Assembly: GCA_026391695.1 (NCBI GenBank)
Contig: JAPLDP010000069.1
Span: 12,886-76,885, forward strand
Direction: 5' to 3'
DNA length: 64,000 nt
Source: Bacteroidota bacterium
GTDB taxonomy: Bacteria; Bacteroidota; Bacteroidia; Bacteroidales; JAGONC01
Part shown: piece by piece, positions 17,543 to 27,808 of the stretch
Numbering within the stretch: position 1 is the first letter of the stretch
Layout of the letters: each line of letters begins with the position of its first letter
The notes under the pieces: generated by a model
Told to the model about the DNA's origin: nothing
The model's database searches: none
The model's input: only the letters and a program-made list of their open reading frames with translations
Program-made: the position numbers and the translations under genes

Positions 17543-19153
17543 ATGGCTGGATATAAGGAAACTCCCCGACAAAAGATGATCGCCATGATATATCTGGTGT
17601 TGACCTCTCTTTTGGCATTAAACGTGTCAAAACAGATGCTCGATGCCTTTGTTGTGGTGAACGAGAGCATGGAGATTACCAATAAGACTTTCTCAGATAA
17701 GATTGATCAGACCTACAGTAAATTCCAACAGCAGTATGCACTTAATCCCAACAAGGTTGGTTTTTATTACCAGAAGGCTGAAGAAGTTCAGCGTCTGTCG
17801 AATGCAATGGTTAACTACCTGGATAGTCTGAAATATACTGTGATCATGACTACTGACGCAAGGACGAAAACCCTTGAGTCAGCTAAGTCCACACCTCTTT
17901 CCAAAATAAGAGCCAAAGACCGTTTTACGGAACCAACGCGGTTTTTCTTTGGCAGATCCACTACCGGTGAACAGGGAACAGCAGGTGCACTTAAAAGAAG
18001 GATAAGTGCCTTCAGGCAACAAATGCTGGCCTATATGGATTTGCCCTCAGATAGCGACAGGCTTGGATTGATAACTGAAGGGGATTTCAGGAATGCGGAT
18101 GGTAAAAAACAAACCTGGGAACAGCATCTGTTTTATTATACCGTACTTGCTGCTGATGTGGCTATCCTGAATAAGATGGTGACGGAGATTAAAAATGCAG
18201 AATTTGACGTGGTTTCACATTTATATAGCCAGATAACTGCAGAGGATTTTAAATTTGACAAGATAGCTGCCAAGGTCATTCCGAAAAGCAATTATATTTT
18301 GGAAGGTGATAAATATGAAGCAGAAGTCATCGTGGCGGCTTATGATACAAAAGGAAATCCGGAAGTCTATTACCTTGAAGGTGTCGATACCGTCAGGGAT
18401 ATCACCAACGCCCGCAAAATTGCTGGTCAGAGCGGCGTGGTGAAGCTGAACTTTCCTGCAACTTCCGCCGGCATTAAAAAATATGCCGGAATTATCCGTG
18501 TAGCTTCCCCTGCCGGAGATATCCAAAGCTATTCTTTCAAGGATGAATATATTGTTGCCAAACCCTCATTGACTGTTTCAGCAACAAAGATGAATGTTCT
18601 ATATACCAGCGTCGAGAATCCTATGTCTATTTCGGTTCCTGGCATAAGCTCCGAAAAAATCCAGGCTTCTATGAGTGTTGGCACCCTGACACAGGTGCCT
18701 CTCGAATCCGGGTACAACTATATTGCTAGAATACCGGCCGGTACTACTGGTAAAGCCGTGGTTACCGTAAAAGCAGAATATGAAGGTACTTTCCGGGATA
18801 TGGGAACCATTGAATTCCGCGTAAAAAGAGTTCCCGATCCGGTTGCCTACATAGCAAATGTAAGAGAAGGTAAAGTAAATAAGAATTCACTTGTCGCCGC
18901 CGGTGGTATAATACCCAGAATGCCCGAAGATTTTGATTTTGACCTCAATTATATTATCAAATCATTCACATTTGTCTACCAGAAAGGGATTGAAACCCAG
19001 CAAATTAATGCTCAGGGAAATTTGCTTTCACAGGAAATGAAATCCATCATTCAATCCGCCAGTGCCGGCACTCGTGTATGGTTTGAAAATATTATTGCTC
19101 AGGGACCTGACGGAGAACGCAGGTTGGCAAGTATATTATTGGAATTAAGATAA
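17543..19153 (+). CDS. gldM: T9SS/gliding motor protein GldM/PorM
   Basis: 536 aa. The N-terminus MAGYKETPRQKMIAMIYLVLTSLLALNVSKQ is the GldM signature, followed by a large periplasmic region. Supported by operon context. Confidence 0.88.
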   Translation: MAGYKETPRQKMIAMIYLVLTSLLALNVSKQMLDAFVVVNESMEITNKTFSDKIDQTYSKFQQQYALNPNKVGFYYQKAEEVQRLSNAMVNYLDSLKYTVIMTTDARTKTLESAKSTPLSKIRAKDRFTEPTRFFFGRSTTGEQGTAGALKRRISAFRQQMLAYMDLPSDSDRLGLITEGDFRNADGKKQTWEQHLFYYTVLAADVAILNKMVTEIKNAEFDVVSHLYSQITAEDFKFDKIAAKVIPKSNYILEGDKYEAEVIVAAYDTKGNPEVYYLEGVDTVRDITNARKIAGQSGVVKLNFPATSAGIKKYAGIIRVASPAGDIQSYSFKDEYIVAKPSLTVSATKMNVLYTSVENPMSISVPGISSEKIQASMSVGTLTQVPLESGYNYIARIPAGTTGKAVVTVKAEYEGTFRDMGTIEFRVKRVPDPVAYIANVREGKVNKNSLVAAGGIIPRMPEDFDFDLNYIIKSFTFVYQKGIETQQINAQGNLLSQEMKSIIQSASAGTRVWFENIIAQGPDGERRLASILLELR

Positions 19154-19175
19154 TAATTAGTTTCAGGAGGATATT

Positions 19176-20036
19176 ATGAATAAACTATTTTGCTATTTAA
19201 TTGTCGGATTTATCACACTGTTAAGTCTTTCCTCATATTCTCAGGTACTGGAAAATAACCCTCCAAGAGATGGTATCTATGATAAGATGACTATACTGTC
19301 AAAAGCACCAGTACCTTATACCTATGTGCGCGAAGCAGATATTTTGTGGCAAAAGAGAATATGGAGGGTGATCGACATGAGGGAAAAATTGAATCAGCCT
19401 TTCTATTATCCCCTGGCCCCTCACAATCAATGGAGAAGTCTTATGCAGGTTATCCTGGATGCATTAAAGGAAGGTACAATCATAGCTTATGAAGCACCCA
19501 TAGGGGGTACAGATGAATTTACCCTGCCTCTCAATTACAATGAGCTTATTAAAACGTTTGAAATACGTAAAGTGGAAAAATTCCAGAGAACCTCTCCTCC
19601 TTATGACTACTATGATACCGTTGTTGTTACCGAATTTAAACCGACAGATGTCAAAATGTTCAGAATTAAAGAAGATTGGTTTTTTGACAAACAACGGTCA
19701 CAGATGGATGTCAGAATTCTTGGTATCTGTCCCATTGTTGATGACTATGACGAAAATGGAAATTACAGGGGCATCAAACCGATGTTTTGGATATATTTCC
19801 CCGAAGCACGTACAGTATTCGCTAAATCTGAAGTATTTAACCGTCATAACAGCTCCCAACGTTTAACTTATGATGATGTCTTCTGGAAGCGTATGTTCAG
19901 CAGTTATATCTACAAAGAAGATAATGTTTTTGACAGAAAGATTTCGGATTATGCAGCCGGTATGGATGCCATACTCGAGTCGGAAAGAATTAAAAATGAG
20001 ATATTTCAGTACGAACAGGATCTCTGGGAATATTAA
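19176..20036 (+). CDS. gldN: T9SS ring protein GldN/PorN
   Basis: 286 aa. Signal peptide and WxKRIWRxIDxREKxNxPxYYP and KEDWFFDKQRS motifs as in GldN. Last gene of the operon. Confidence 0.85.
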   Translation: MNKLFCYLIVGFITLLSLSSYSQVLENNPPRDGIYDKMTILSKAPVPYTYVREADILWQKRIWRVIDMREKLNQPFYYPLAPHNQWRSLMQVILDALKEGTIIAYEAPIGGTDEFTLPLNYNELIKTFEIRKVEKFQRTSPPYDYYDTVVVTEFKPTDVKMFRIKEDWFFDKQRSQMDVRILGICPIVDDYDENGNYRGIKPMFWIYFPEARTVFAKSEVFNRHNSSQRLTYDDVFWKRMFSSYIYKEDNVFDRKISDYAAGMDAILESERIKNEIFQYEQDLWEY

Positions 20037-20062
20037 TGGTCAAAAACTGTTTATACATTGAG

Positions 20063-20090
20063 AAATCCCGCCCTGAGCGGGATTTTTTTT
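20063..20090 (+). terminator. Rho-independent terminator after gldN
   Basis: AAATCCCGC-cctga-GCGGGATTT, a perfect 9-bp stem followed by a T run. Confidence 0.75.
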
Positions 20091-20111
20091 GTTATCGTCT
20101 ACCGTTAATCG

Positions 20112-20119
20112 TACTTTTG
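20112..20119 (+). promoter_or_regulatory. TAnnTTTG -7 box candidate upstream of recG
   Basis: TACTTTTG, 24 nt upstream of the TTG start at 20143. Confidence 0.4.
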
Positions 20120-20142
20120 TCAGGATATAAATTGCATCTCCA

Positions 20143-22248
20143 TTGTCTTATACATTTCTGACAACACCTGTAGAGTATCTGAAGGGGATTGGACCGAAAA
20201 GGGCCGAACTGCTTAAGAACGAACTCTCCATTTATACCTTCGGCGATTTGTTGGAATATTTCCCTTTCAGGTACATCGACAGAAGCCGTCTTTATAAAAT
20301 AATAGAAATAAACAATGACCTGTCATATGTGCAGATTTGTGGTCGTCTAAGGCATATTCAAATGGTCGGTAAGGGACCTGCCAGCCGATTGGTGGCCACC
20401 CTGCAGGATGATTCAGGTGAAATCGAATTGGTATGGTTTCAGGGTATAAAATGGATAAAGGATAAACTTGTTTCGGGATCAGAATATCTGGTATTCGGTA
20501 AACCTGCACTGTTCAGTGGTCGCTATAACATTCCTCATCCTGAGATCGATGTTTTTAATGCTCAGGCATCTGCTGTCAGCGAAACTTTTCAGCCCTTTTA
20601 TAATTCCTCAGAAAAACTCAAGGCCAGCGGATTTAATTCAAGGGGTTTCAGTAAGGTAATGAAAATCCTTGTTACTTCAGCAAAAGGTCATATTCCTGAA
20701 ACGCTTCCAAAAGATATCACCGAGCACTTTGGCTTTATTTCAAGAGAAGAAGCTTTACTTAATATCCATTTTCCAAAGGATCAGCCAATTCTTGCAAAAG
20801 CCGAATCGAGGCTGAAATTTGAAGAGTTGTTTTATATTCAGTTGAGGTTACTAAGGCTGAAACTGATCCGGATAAGTAAAATCCAGGGACATCCCTTTTC
20901 TCATGTGGGTGAATATTTCAATAGCTTTTATTACCGCAATTTGCCTTTTCCATTGACAAATGCCCAAAAGAGGGTAATGAAGGAAATCCGTGCCGATGTC
21001 GGATCAGGAAAACAAATGAACCGTTTGCTTCAGGGCGATGTGGGTAGTGGTAAAACAATGGTTGCACTGATGTCAATGCTGATCGCTATTGATAATGGAT
21101 TTCAGGCCTGTTTGATGGCGCCGACAGAAATACTTGCATTCCAGCATTATGAATCTTTAAACCGTTTGCTGGCAGGTCTGAATATTACCATACGTTTACT
21201 GACCCGTTCAACAAAATCTTCAGAGAAGAAAATTCTTTATGAACAGCTTCTTAAAGGGGAATTACAAATAGTTATTGGCACACATGCGCTTATTGAGGAA
21301 ACCGTGAGTTTTAAAAATCTCGGATTGGTGGTCATCGATGAGCAGCACCGTTTTGGTGTAGCACAGCGTGCACGTCTCTGGAAAAAAAATGCCATTCTTC
21401 CTCATGTACTTATCATGACAGCTACTCCTATTCCCCGGACACTGGCAATGACTTTATATGGTGATCTGGATTATTCAGTCATCGATGAGCTTCCGCCAGG
21501 ACGAAAATCAATCAAGACCTATCACTTTTATGAGTCTGGCCACCTTAAAGTGTATGGTTTCATGCGGCAGGAAATTAAAAAAGGACGTCAGATTTATATT
21601 GTCTATCCACTTATACAGGAATCTGAAACTCTTGATCTTAAAGCCCTCATGGAAGGGTATGAAACCATAATAAGAGAGTTTCCGCTGCCTGAATTTGCAG
21701 TAAGTATTGTCCATGGACAGTTGAAATCTGAAATCAAGGATTTTGAAATGCAGCGTTTTATCCGGGGTGAGACTCAAATCATGGTCGCGACTACAGTCAT
21801 TGAAGTTGGTGTGGATATTCCCAATGCAACCGTCATTATCATCGAAAACGCGGAAAGGTTTGGGCTGTCGCAGCTGCATCAGCTCAGGGGCAGGGTTGGA
21901 AGAGGTGCAGATCAGTCATATTGTATATTAATGACCAAAGACGATCTGGGTCATGATGCCAGGAAACGGATTGAAACAATGTTAAGGACTTCCGATGGCT
22001 TTGAAATAGCTGAAGAAGACTTACGTCTTCGGGGACCAGGCGATATGCAAGGCACTCAGCAAAGCGGGATCCTTCAACTAAGAATTGCCGATCTGGTGCG
22101 TGATGAGAAACTGCTGAAATATGCCCGAGACATAGCCATCCGCCTCCTGGAAAAAGATCCATTACTTGAACATGCTGAAAATAAACCACTATCTGATCAG
22201 TTGATGCATTTAACCAGTCACGATACTGAGTGGGGCTTGATCAGCTGA
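20143..22248 (+). CDS. recG: ATP-dependent DNA helicase RecG
   Basis: 701 aa. N-terminal wedge region (YLKGIGPKRAELL..FPFRYIDR), DVGSGKT Walker A, DEQHRFG, and the TATPIPRTL helicase motif. No in-frame ATG near the N-terminus, so the start is TTG (20143) or ATT (20131). Confidence 0.92.
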   Translation: MSYTFLTTPVEYLKGIGPKRAELLKNELSIYTFGDLLEYFPFRYIDRSRLYKIIEINNDLSYVQICGRLRHIQMVGKGPASRLVATLQDDSGEIELVWFQGIKWIKDKLVSGSEYLVFGKPALFSGRYNIPHPEIDVFNAQASAVSETFQPFYNSSEKLKASGFNSRGFSKVMKILVTSAKGHIPETLPKDITEHFGFISREEALLNIHFPKDQPILAKAESRLKFEELFYIQLRLLRLKLIRISKIQGHPFSHVGEYFNSFYYRNLPFPLTNAQKRVMKEIRADVGSGKQMNRLLQGDVGSGKTMVALMSMLIAIDNGFQACLMAPTEILAFQHYESLNRLLAGLNITIRLLTRSTKSSEKKILYEQLLKGELQIVIGTHALIEETVSFKNLGLVVIDEQHRFGVAQRARLWKKNAILPHVLIMTATPIPRTLAMTLYGDLDYSVIDELPPGRKSIKTYHFYESGHLKVYGFMRQEIKKGRQIYIVYPLIQESETLDLKALMEGYETIIREFPLPEFAVSIVHGQLKSEIKDFEMQRFIRGETQIMVATTVIEVGVDIPNATVIIIENAERFGLSQLHQLRGRVGRGADQSYCILMTKDDLGHDARKRIETMLRTSDGFEIAEEDLRLRGPGDMQGTQQSGILQLRIADLVRDEKLLKYARDIAIRLLEKDPLLEHAENKPLSDQLMHLTSHDTEWGLIS

Positions 22249-22290
22249 ACATTTCATCCGGTAATTTTACCCTGTCAGAATTTATTTCCT

Positions 22291-22298
22291 TACATTTG
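22291..22298 (+). promoter_or_regulatory. TAnnTTTG -7 box candidate upstream of pheT
   Basis: TACATTTG, 23 nt upstream of the ATG at 22321. Confidence 0.4.
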
Positions 22299-22320
22299 TA
22301 CTCACCATTATTATATACAC

Positions 22321-24795
22321 ATGAAGATTTGTTATAGCTGGCTTAAAGATTACATCAATCTGGCAGTTGATCAGGAAAAACTGGCAACTTTACTGACAGG
22401 TTGCGGTCTTGAAGTGGAAAACCATGAGAAGGTTTTCGGCGTGAAGGGCGGACTGGAAGGTGTGGTCATCGGTGAGGTTGTATCCTGTGAGAAGCATCCG
22501 AATTCTGATCACCTGAGCATTACCATGGTAGATATTGGGAAACCTGAATTATTACGTATTGTATGCGGTGCAGCCAATGTCAGAACAGGCCTCAAGGTAC
22601 CTGTTGCCACTGTGGGTACAATTCTTTACGAGGGCAATCAAACCTATGAAATTATGAAATCAGCTATTCGTGGCGAACTTTCAGAAGGTATGATATGTGC
22701 CGAAGATGAACTCGGTCTGGGTACTTCACATGAAGGTATTATGGAGCTTGACCCTCAGTCGGTTACAGGTACTCATGCCCGGCAATATTTTAATATTTGG
22801 AATGACTATGTTTATGAAATTGGCCTTACACCAAACCGAACAGACGCTATGTCACACATTGGTGTCGCCCGTGATATTGCAGCTGTATTGAATAACATTG
22901 GCGGAGCTGGTATAGGCACCGCAAAAATGAATTTATTGTTACCTTCCATTGAATCCTTTAAAGTTGAAAATCATGACCTTGATATTCAGGTTGTCATCAA
23001 CGATACGGACGCTTGTCCACGTTATTCGGGCGTCTCAATGACGGGTATTCGTGTGGACGACTCCCCTCCATGGCTCAAAAACCGCCTTAATGCTATCGGC
23101 ATAAGACCCATCAATAATATTGTTGATATCAGTAATTATGTATTGTTCGAGACAGGTCAACCGTTGCATATCTTCGACGCAGACCTGATCAAGGGCAATA
23201 TGGTCATCATTAAGAAATTACCTCACGGAACGAAATTTATAACATTAGATGAGATTGAAAGGGAATTGACAGAACAGGATCTTATGATATGTAATGCTCA
23301 TGAAGGGATGTGTATTGCCGGTGTATTTGGAGGTCTTAAATCGGGAGTGACTGAGAGCACTAGGCGTATTTTCATCGAAAGTGCTCATTTCAACCCAAGA
23401 AGCGTACGGAAAACATCAAAGCATCATGGATTGCAGACCGATGCATCGTTTCGTTTTGAGCGCAGTGTTGACCCCAATGGAACTGTATATGCCCTGAAAA
23501 GAGCAGCCATCCTCATAAAAGATCTGGCCGGGGGTTGCGTTTCCTCAGAGATAAAAGATATATATCCAAAGATGACCTTAAATAAGGAAATTGATGTTCA
23601 TTTTCAGAATGTTAACAGACTTATTGGCAAGAAAATGAACCATGATGTCATCAGGCATATCCTCCATGACCTTGGTGTTGAGGTCATGAATGAAACAAGG
23701 AGAGGTATGCATGTATCTGTTCCCACATTCAAGGCTGAAGTCACTCGTGAAGCTGACATCATTGAAGAAATACTCAGGATATATGGATATAATAATGTAG
23801 AAATTCCGGATCGTGTGCATTCTTCCCTTTCATTCTCTGAAAAACCGGATAAAAACAAAATCCAGAATCTGATATCGGATTATCTTACAGGTAACGGATT
23901 TTATGAGATCATGAATAATTCATTAACGACATCCGGGTATATCAATGAGTTAAATGAGTTTTTACCCGAGCATCATGTTGAAATTCTCAATCCTATTAGC
24001 AAGGACCTTAATGTATTACGGCAGACACTTCTTTTCGGCGGATTAGAAACGATCATTCACAATATCAACCGGAAAATGCCGGATTTAAAGCTCTTTGAGT
24101 TCGGCAAAATATATCTCTCATATTCTGAATCTCCTCCCTCATCTGATGTCCTCGACAGGTACAGGGAATATAATCATATGGCTGTTTTTATGACAGGCCA
24201 GAAACACCCAGAGAGCTGGTATACCGATGATGACCTTGTTGATTTCTATTCGGTCAAAGCAATTGTCAATAATCTTTTGTTAAAAGCCGGTATCTGTTCT
24301 GCCCGTTTATCTTGTCAGGGCATTTCCAACGGTGTTTTCAGCAATGGATTGGTTTATAAATACAATCACAGGATACTTATTTCCTTTGGCATGATACATC
24401 AGCGTGTGCTCAAACGATTTGATATCAGGCAGGATGTTTTCTATGCCGATTTCGATTGGGAACTGTTCGTGGATCTTACAAAAGAAAACCATATCAGTTA
24501 TCACGAACTTCCCAGGTTTCCAGGTGTCCGACGCGACCTTGCCCTGCTGCTTTCTGAAAATATCCAGTATAAGGAAATTGAAAAGATAGCCTATCAGACA
24601 GAGAAAAAACTGTTAAAACGAATTAGCCTTTTTGATGTGTATGAAGGAGATCAGATAGAATCTGGGAAAAAATCTTATGCCATAAGTCTGTTCATACAGG
24701 ATGAAGAGAAGACTTTGACAGATGAAGAAGTTGACCAGGTCATGAAGAAATTGATAATTGCCTTTCAGGGAAAATTGCATGCCACCGTGAGATAA
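22321..24795 (+). CDS. pheT: Phenylalanine--tRNA ligase beta subunit
   Basis: 824 aa. Starts MKICYSWLKDYI, with tRNA-binding, B3/4, B5 and C-terminal anticodon-binding-like segments in the usual order. Confidence 0.93.
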   Translation: MKICYSWLKDYINLAVDQEKLATLLTGCGLEVENHEKVFGVKGGLEGVVIGEVVSCEKHPNSDHLSITMVDIGKPELLRIVCGAANVRTGLKVPVATVGTILYEGNQTYEIMKSAIRGELSEGMICAEDELGLGTSHEGIMELDPQSVTGTHARQYFNIWNDYVYEIGLTPNRTDAMSHIGVARDIAAVLNNIGGAGIGTAKMNLLLPSIESFKVENHDLDIQVVINDTDACPRYSGVSMTGIRVDDSPPWLKNRLNAIGIRPINNIVDISNYVLFETGQPLHIFDADLIKGNMVIIKKLPHGTKFITLDEIERELTEQDLMICNAHEGMCIAGVFGGLKSGVTESTRRIFIESAHFNPRSVRKTSKHHGLQTDASFRFERSVDPNGTVYALKRAAILIKDLAGGCVSSEIKDIYPKMTLNKEIDVHFQNVNRLIGKKMNHDVIRHILHDLGVEVMNETRRGMHVSVPTFKAEVTREADIIEEILRIYGYNNVEIPDRVHSSLSFSEKPDKNKIQNLISDYLTGNGFYEIMNNSLTTSGYINELNEFLPEHHVEILNPISKDLNVLRQTLLFGGLETIIHNINRKMPDLKLFEFGKIYLSYSESPPSSDVLDRYREYNHMAVFMTGQKHPESWYTDDDLVDFYSVKAIVNNLLLKAGICSARLSCQGISNGVFSNGLVYKYNHRILISFGMIHQRVLKRFDIRQDVFYADFDWELFVDLTKENHISYHELPRFPGVRRDLALLLSENIQYKEIEKIAYQTEKKLLKRISLFDVYEGDQIESGKKSYAISLFIQDEEKTLTDEEVDQVMKKLIIAFQGKLHATVR

Positions 24796-24802
24796 TAAGA
24801 CC

Positions 24803-24985
24803 TCACTGGTTTAATTGTTGGAGTGTTGTTCTGTTTTGTTTGTAATTGGGATATAATGACTCTGACAGGTCTAATATTTCTTTGGCTTTCGTGTAATTAT
24901 AATCCTGATAATAAGCTATTCCAAGATAATATAAGATCTCCGCATCATCGTTATCAAAAATGATTAAATATCCTTTGTCCATCAT
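24803..24985 (-). other. 60-codon ORF encoding a single TPR-like motif (possible relic or spurious)
   Basis: AEILYYLGIAYYQDYNYTKAKEILDLSESLYPNY fits one TPR unit. I found no promoter box, and the ORF sits in a 378-nt gap. Confidence 0.2.
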
Positions 24986-25111
24986 TAATTGTTAACTTTG
25001 ATAGTTACTGGGCTATTCTGAAAGCGAAATAGAGTTCTTTATTATGCCAATATCAATGAGTCGGTATGTGTACTCTATATCTCTGATTCATTGATTTCAA
25101 AGAAAATTAAG

Positions 25112-25119
25112 TAATTTTG
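25112..25119 (+). promoter_or_regulatory. TAnnTTTG -7 box candidate upstream of the sigma-54 activator gene
   Basis: TAATTTTG, 55 nt upstream of the ATG at 25174. A second box (TAACTTTG) lies at 24993-25000. Confidence 0.35.
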
Positions 25120-25173
25120 TATCGTAATTCGGCCGATAAAAGAAAGATAAGTTACTAAAAACGCAATCTGAGA

Positions 25174-26406
25174 ATGGATATTCAATCTATCAAACAACGT
25201 TTTGGTATCATTGGTCATTCACCTTTGCTGGATAGGGCCATTGACATTGCCAGGCAAGTGGCTCCCACTGATCTAACGGTACTTATCTCTGGAGAAAGCG
25301 GCACTGGCAAGGAGGTGTTCCCCCAAATTATCCATAACCTCAGTGCAAGAAAACATGGAGCCTATATCGCAGTTAACTGCGGTGCAATTCCTGAAGGAAC
25401 CATCGACTCCGAATTATTCGGGCATGAAAAAGGTTCATTTACCGGAGCGCATGAATCGCGAAAGGGGTATTTTGAAGTGGTTAATGGAGGAACTATCTTT
25501 CTGGATGAAGTAGCTGAGTTGCCTTTATCGACACAGGTCAGGCTGCTCAGAGTGCTCGAAAGCGGCGAATTTATCCGTGTTGGATCATCCAAGGTGATAA
25601 AGACCGATGTACGTGTTGTAGCAGCATCCAATATCACCGTACCTGATGCCATTCGTAAAGGAACATTCCGGCAAGATCTCTATTATAGGTTGAACTCGGT
25701 TCCAATTTTTGTTCCTCCCCTGCGCCAAAGAAAAGAAGATATCATCCTTCTTTTCAGGAAATTTGCTACTGATTTCGCAGAAAAATACAGAATGCCACCC
25801 TTGCAACTGGACGACGAATCAATAAGGTATCTTATGGATTACCGCTGGCAGGGAAATGTCAGACAGTTGAAAAATGTCACAGAGCAGATTTCTATACTTG
25901 AAGAGAAAAGATATATTACATTAGACATCCTGCTGAAATATCTACCACAAAGCCAGTACAGTGAATTACCGGTAGTCTATGATAACAGGGAAACTGTGAA
26001 GAGCGAATTTTCTGAAAGAGATCTTCTTTATAAAGTACTCTTCGATATGAAAAAAGATATCGTTGACTTGAAGAGATTAGTAATTGATATCTTACGCAAT
26101 GAGGGTTCTGCAAAAAGCCTTCAGGAAGATAATGCACAGATTATTAAGCAATTAATACATGAGTTGGAACCTGTTGGGAATGATATTGAGGAAATGAGAA
26201 TCCATCATGAAGACCATGATCAATATCCTGAACCCATTCAGCATCCGGAAGTTCTCGAAGAATCCCTCTCTTTACAAAAAAAAGAAGTGGACCTGATCAG
26301 GCGGGCTCTTGATAAATATCGCGGTAAACGGAAAAATGCAGCCAAAGAGCTGGGCATATCTGAACGAACCCTATACCGGAAAATCAAAGAATATAAACTT
26401 GGATAG
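25174..26406 (+). CDS. Sigma-54-dependent Fis-family transcriptional activator lacking an N-terminal sensory domain
   Basis: 410 aa. The AAA+ domain starts within ~20 residues of the N-terminus (GESGTGKE Walker A, GSFTGA loop, IFLDEV Walker B). The C-terminus has a Fis-type HTH (AAKELGISERTLYRKIKEY). An in-frame TAA lies 18 nt upstream of the ATG. Confidence 0.85.
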   Translation: MDIQSIKQRFGIIGHSPLLDRAIDIARQVAPTDLTVLISGESGTGKEVFPQIIHNLSARKHGAYIAVNCGAIPEGTIDSELFGHEKGSFTGAHESRKGYFEVVNGGTIFLDEVAELPLSTQVRLLRVLESGEFIRVGSSKVIKTDVRVVAASNITVPDAIRKGTFRQDLYYRLNSVPIFVPPLRQRKEDIILLFRKFATDFAEKYRMPPLQLDDESIRYLMDYRWQGNVRQLKNVTEQISILEEKRYITLDILLKYLPQSQYSELPVVYDNRETVKSEFSERDLLYKVLFDMKKDIVDLKRLVIDILRNEGSAKSLQEDNAQIIKQLIHELEPVGNDIEEMRIHHEDHDQYPEPIQHPEVLEESLSLQKKEVDLIRRALDKYRGKRKNAAKELGISERTLYRKIKEYKLG

Positions 26407-26456
26407 TGGTGAATATTCCAAAATTATCGGCTTTATTTGATATCGGACAGGAAGCA

Positions 26457-26963
26457 GTGAAAGGTATTTTCAATGGATGGACATTCATAGGTTTTTTTGT
26501 GTTGCTCACCGGATGTCATATTTATTCATTTACAGGTGCATCTATTTCTCCTGAGGTCAAAACAATATCCATAAAATATTTCCCAAACCGGGCTGCTCTT
26601 GTCCAGCCTACTTTAAGCCAACGCTTTACAGATGCATTGAAAGATAAATTCATGAGGGAAACCAACCTGAGTCTGGTTGAGAATAATGGTGACCTGCTCA
26701 TCGAAGGGGAGGTATCGGGCTATAACACACAACCTGTTGCTATTCAAAGTAATCAACAGGCTGCCCTGAACAGGCTTACCATCACGGTCAAAGTCAAATT
26801 CGTAAATAAATTCAATGAGTCACAGAATTTTGAGACATCCTTTTCGCGATTCCAGGACTATGAAAGCTCTTTGAGCCTGGCAGATGTGGAAGACGGATTG
26901 ATCGATGTGATTGACCAGGATTTGATTCAGGATATTTTTAACAAAGCTGTTGTTAACTGGTAA
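26457..26963 (+). CDS. lptE: LptE-family lipoprotein (LPS assembly)
   Basis: The ORF is open from 26406 and has no in-frame ATG. A GTG at 26457 gives M-KGIFNGWTFIGFFVLLTGC, an ideal lipoprotein signal. The following YSFTGASISPEVKTISIKYFPNRA resembles Bacteroidota LptE-like proteins. Alternative GTG starts are at 26406 and 26409. Confidence 0.65.
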   Translation: MKGIFNGWTFIGFFVLLTGCHIYSFTGASISPEVKTISIKYFPNRAALVQPTLSQRFTDALKDKFMRETNLSLVENNGDLLIEGEVSGYNTQPVAIQSNQQAALNRLTITVKVKFVNKFNESQNFETSFSRFQDYESSLSLADVEDGLIDVIDQDLIQDIFNKAVVNW

Positions 26964-27012
26964 CCATTGTCATTGTTTATATAGTGAGGTTTATTATAGA
27001 AAATTTTGTCAG

Positions 27013-27780
27013 ATGTACCGTACTCAGTTTGAATCATGGCTTAAACTACCTGAAAAATTAGATTCCGGAAGTCTGGCCATCCTCTCTTCACTCGTTCAGG
27101 AATATCCTTACTGTCAGACCATTCATTTTCTCTTTGCCAAGAATCTGGTCAATATTAACCATATCCATTTCCCCAATCAGCTGAAAATAGCTGCAGCATA
27201 TGCATCTGACCGTAAAAAGCTTAAAAAGTTAATGTCAGAAAGATCAGAGCATAATAGAAATTCTGTCTGGGAAAAAGAATTCATGATGCAGGACCAGTAC
27301 GCGACACCTCATTCTGAAAAACAGATGGAATCCTATACCGATGATATAAAAGATGAATCGGAGGAACTTGCAGAGCTCAAACAACTGTTGGACGAATTGA
27401 AAATTCGGGTGTTATCATTACAAAAAGAACGGCAAAAAGCTGTCAGCCAATATAATATTGCTGAGTTAGACGCCTTAGATCTGGCAGCGTCAGGAGATAG
27501 AGAATCTCAGGCAAGTAAAAATGTAAACCAGGAATTAATCGAAGAATTTATAAAACTGAATCCACAAATTACTCCGTCGAAGACTGAATTTTTTAATCCG
27601 GTTGATGTTGCACGTAAAGGTGCGTCAGAAAATGATGATATCGCCAGTGAAACATTAGCCCTGATTTATGTCAAACAAGAAAATATTGCCAGGGCAATTA
27701 AAATTTATGAACGTTTATTATTGAAATTTCCAGAAAAAAGTAGTTACTTTGCAGCTCAAATTGAGAAATTAAAAAAATAG
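27013..27780 (+). CDS. Conserved hypothetical protein with a C-terminal TPR-like helix pair
   Basis: The likely start is the ATG at 27013 (MYRTQFESWLKL). The upstream ORF extension overlaps lptE. It has an acidic coiled-coil middle and a C-terminal ALIYVKQENIARAIKIYERLLLKFPEKSSYF. Confidence 0.6.
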   Translation: MYRTQFESWLKLPEKLDSGSLAILSSLVQEYPYCQTIHFLFAKNLVNINHIHFPNQLKIAAAYASDRKKLKKLMSERSEHNRNSVWEKEFMMQDQYATPHSEKQMESYTDDIKDESEELAELKQLLDELKIRVLSLQKERQKAVSQYNIAELDALDLAASGDRESQASKNVNQELIEEFIKLNPQITPSKTEFFNPVDVARKGASENDDIASETLALIYVKQENIARAIKIYERLLLKFPEKSSYFAAQIEKLKK

Positions 27781-27808
27781 TTATATTTACAATTAAAAAT
27801 ATAAGGAA

